A stretch of 44,765 nt of DNA. Origin: Microbacteriaceae bacterium (GTDB lineage: Bacteria; Actinomycetota; Actinomycetes; Actinomycetales; Microbacteriaceae). The notes beneath the pieces are model-generated. The model worked only from the letters and a program-made list of their open reading frames with translations, was not told the DNA's origin and made no database searches. Within the stretch, counting starts at the first letter, position 1. Every line of letters begins with the position of its first letter. Both the position numbers and the translations under genes were made by a program. The stretch lies in contig WOYR01000255.1 of the NCBI GenBank assembly GCA_011620705.1, positions 1-44,765 of the forward strand, read 5' to 3'. Positions 42,157-44,765 of the stretch are shown in pieces.

Positions 42157-44765
42157 GTGCCGGACTCCGAAAAGCCTACACTTCTGCTGATCGACGGCCA
42201 TTCGCTCGCCTTCCGCGCTTTCTACGCGCTGCCGATCGACAGCTTCGTGACCCGTGACGGGCAGCACACCAACGCGATCCACGGCTTCCTGTCGATGCTC
42301 GTCCTTCTGCTGCAGAAGGAGAAGCCGACGCACCTCGGGGTGGCATTCGACATCTCCCGCTTCTCCTTCCGCAACCGCGAGTACGAGGACTACAAGGGCA
42401 CGCGCAGCGAGACCCCGCCGGAATTCAAAGGGCAGGTGCCCCTCCTGGAGGAGGCCCTGCACGCGATGAACATCGTCACCATCACGAAGGAGGACTTCGA
42501 GGCGGATGACATCCTGGCGACCCTGTCGTTGCAGGGCAAGGAGCAGGGCTACCGGGTGCTGGTCGTCTCCGGCGATCGCGACACCATCCAGCTGGTGGAC
42601 GAGGACGTCACCCTGCTCTACCCGAACGCGCGCGGCGTCTCCGAGTTGAAGGTCTACGACCCGCACGCAGTGCGCGAGCGCTACGGGGTCGAGCCGGAGC
42701 AGTATCCCGAGATCGCCGCCCTGGTCGGGGAGACCAGCGACAACCTGCCGGGCGTCGACAAGGTGGGCGAGAAGACCGCGGTGAAGTGGATCCAGCAGTA
42801 TGGCACCGCCGCCGAGCTGCTCGCGCACGCCGAGGAGATCAGCGGAGTCGTCGGCAACAACCTCCGCGAGCAGCAGGACCGCGTGCTGCGCAACCGCAGG
42901 CTCAACCGGCTGGTCCGCGATGTCGAGCTTCCGGTCGCGCCGAAGGACCTGGCGCGCAAGCCGATCGACGCGGCATCCGTGCGCGAGGTGTTCGAGCGGT
43001 TGCAGTTCCGGACCCTGCTCGATCGGGTGATCAAGCTGGAGGGGACGGCCGCCGACCTGGTGGCGGTCGCCGACGGGAAGATGCCAGCGGCATCCATCCC
43101 GGCGGTGCGGACGCTCGTCGACGAAGAGCTGGAGAAGTGGCTGGATGCCGCGTCGCAGGGGGGCGCGGCCCCCCTCGGCCTGCGCATCGTCACCCTCGAC
43201 GGCCAGGTCGATGGCTTCGGGATCGCGAGCCTCACCGAGAGCACCTGGGTCCCGTGGGCTCCCGGCCGCCCCGACTACGCCGCACTGGAGCGATGGCTCG
43301 CCTCGGACTCGCCGAAATACCTGCACGAGGCGAAGCGCCAGTTCAAGTCGCTGGCCGGAACCGGCCTCGAGCTCGGCGGGATCGCCTTCGACACCTCGCT
43401 CGGCGCCTGGCTGCTCCGTCCTGGCAACAAGGCGGACAGTCTCGGCGGGCTGATGTACTACTACCTGGGCGAGACGCTGCCCGAGCCCGACCCGAGTCAG
43501 CTCGTGCCCGAGACCGAGGCGCTGAGCCCGGCGACGGAGGCGTGGTACCTGCTGCGGCTCGCCGACGAGCTGATGACGCGGCTGGATCCGGGCTCGCTCG
43601 AGGTCTCGCGGGGCATCGAGGCGCCGCTCGTCCCCGTACTGGCGCGCATGGAGATCCAGGGCGTCACCGTCGACGCCGCGGTGCTCGGCGAGCTGAACTC
43701 GCGCCTGGGTGCGCAGGCCGCGGAGATCGCCGAGAGGGCTTACACCGAGATCGGCCGCGAGGTGAACCTCGGCTCGCCGAAGCAGCTGCAGGAGGTCCTC
43801 TTCGACCAGCTCGGCATGCCCAAGACCCGCCAGAACAAGACCGGCTTCTCGACGGATGCGGCGAGCCTCACCGACCTGCAGGAGCAGCATCCCCACCCAT
43901 TCCTCGAGCTGCTGCTGCAGCACCGGGACGCCACCAAGATCCGGCAGATCGTGGAGACGCTGGAGAAGAGCATCGGCGCCGACGGGCGCGTGCACACCAC
44001 CTATGATCAGACCGGCTCGGCCACCGGCCGTATCTCCTCCAACGACCCGAATCTGCAGAACATCCCGATCAAGACCGAGGTGGGGCGCGAGGTGCGCTCG
44101 GCGTTCCGGCCAGGCGAGGGCTTCGAGACGCTGCTCACGGCCGACTACTCGCAGATCGAGATGAGGATCATGGCGCATCTCAGCAAGGACGCCGGGCTGA
44201 TCGAGGCCTTCAACTCGGGCGAGGACCTGCACCGCTTCGTCGGAGCGCGGATCTTCCACATCGACCCATCGGAGGTGACGCCGATCCAGCGCACCAAGGT
44301 GAAGGCGATGTCGTACGGGCTGGCGTACGGCCTTTCGGCGTTCGGCCTCTCGAAGCAGCTGCGGATCGAGACCTCGGAGGCGCGGGAGCTCATGGCGGAC
44401 TACTTCGCACGCTTCGGCGCCGTGCGCGACTACCTGCGGGGGGTCGTCGAACAGGCGCGCATCGACGGCTACACGACGACCATCTTCGGCCGGCGCCGGC
44501 CGTTCTCCGATCTGACCTCGACCAATCGCGTGCTGCGCGAGAACGCCGAGCGCCAGGCGTTGAACTCGCCCATCCAGGGTTCTGCGGCCGATGTGATCAA
44601 GCGGGCGATGCTCGGAGTGGATGCGGACATCCGGTCGCGCTCCCTGGCCTCGCGGATGCTGCTCCAGGTGCACGACGAGTTGGTGCTCGAAGTCGCGCAC
44701 GGCGAACTGGAGGAGCTGACGGAGATCGTGCGCACTCGCATGGCCGGCGCAGCATCGCTCAGCGT
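42157..44765 (+). CDS. polA: DNA polymerase I (runs off the 3' end of the window; absent from the ORF track)
   Basis: Hand translation from GTG 42157: MPDSEKPTLLLIDGHSLAFRAFYAL, FEADD, SGDRD, SDNLPG.DKVGEKTA, TGRISS.DPNLQNIP, ADYSQIEMR, KAMSYGLAYG and LLQVHDEL. Confidence 0.97.
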   Translation, partial: MPDSEKPTLLLIDGHSLAFRAFYALPIDSFVTRDGQHTNAIHGFLSMLVLLLQKEKPTHLGVAFDISRFSFRNREYEDYKGTRSETPPEFKGQVPLLEEALHAMNIVTITKEDFEADDILATLSLQGKEQGYRVLVVSGDRDTIQLVDEDVTLLYPNARGVSELKVYDPHAVRERYGVEPEQYPEIAALVGETSDNLPGVDKVGEKTAVKWIQQYGTAAELLAHAEEISGVVGNNLREQQDRVLRNRRLNRLVRDVELPVAPKDLARKPIDAASVREVFERLQFRTLLDRVIKLEGTAADLVAVADGKMPAASIPAVRTLVDEELEKWLDAASQGGAAPLGLRIVTLDGQVDGFGIASLTESTWVPWAPGRPDYAALERWLASDSPKYLHEAKRQFKSLAGTGLELGGIAFDTSLGAWLLRPGNKADSLGGLMYYYLGETLPEPDPSQLVPETEALSPATEAWYLLRLADELMTRLDPGSLEVSRGIEAPLVPVLARMEIQGVTVDAAVLGELNSRLGAQAAEIAERAYTEIGREVNLGSPKQLQEVLFDQLGMPKTRQNKTGFSTDAASLTDLQEQHPHPFLELLLQHRDATKIRQIVETLEKSIGADGRVHTTYDQTGSATGRISSNDPNLQNIPIKTEVGREVRSAFRPGEGFETLLTADYSQIEMRIMAHLSKDAGLIEAFNSGEDLHRFVGARIFHIDPSEVTPIQRTKVKAMSYGLAYGLSAFGLSKQLRIETSEARELMADYFARFGAVRDYLRGVVEQARIDGYTTTIFGRRRPFSDLTSTNRVLRENAERQALNSPIQGSAADVIKRAMLGVDADIRSRSLASRMLLQVHDELVLEVAHGELEELTEIVRTRMAGAASLS

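Noticed and set aside
40342-44700. 1452-aa minus-strand ORF, and similar giant antisense ORFs at 8937-12170, 31797-35849 and 35758-38964
   Set aside because: They mirror polA, carB, gltB and gltD/pyk, have no recognisable motifs, and are the expected stop-free shadow frames of high-GC codon usage.

Overview
A high-GC actinobacterial chromosomal segment. Gene order and protein sequences look like Microbacteriaceae, which is an inference. It is almost entirely core housekeeping genes on the + strand: aroC(partial)-aroK-aroB-aroQ-efp-nusB, a divergent MarR gene, pyrR-pyrB-pyrC-(membrane protein)-carA-carB-pyrF, a guanylate kinase with an N-terminal mIHF/sIHF-like domain, rpoZ-coaBC-metK-priA-fmt-rsmB-rpe, a small DUF5302-like gene and an FKBP PPIase, hisE-hisG-hisF-hisI-trpE-(two membrane proteins)-trpC-trpB-trpA-lgt-gltB-gltD-pyk, a DUF2510-like membrane protein, tRNA-Leu(CAA), a PdtaR-like ANTAR regulator, a DUF222/HNH gene, a hotdog thioesterase and polA (partial). 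I see no CRISPR array, prophage, IS element or defence island, and I cannot claim a clearly new multi-gene system. The best leads are: (1) the nucleoid-protein/guanylate-kinase fusion; (2) a densely repeated GCATCC/GGATGC hexamer that appears to override codon preference; (3) PafBC/RecA-NDp-type DNA-damage promoters before both the DUF222-HNH gene and polA; (4) several structured intergenic elements (aroB-aroQ, gltB leader, pyk downstream). All family assignments come from recognising motifs by eye, not from database searches.
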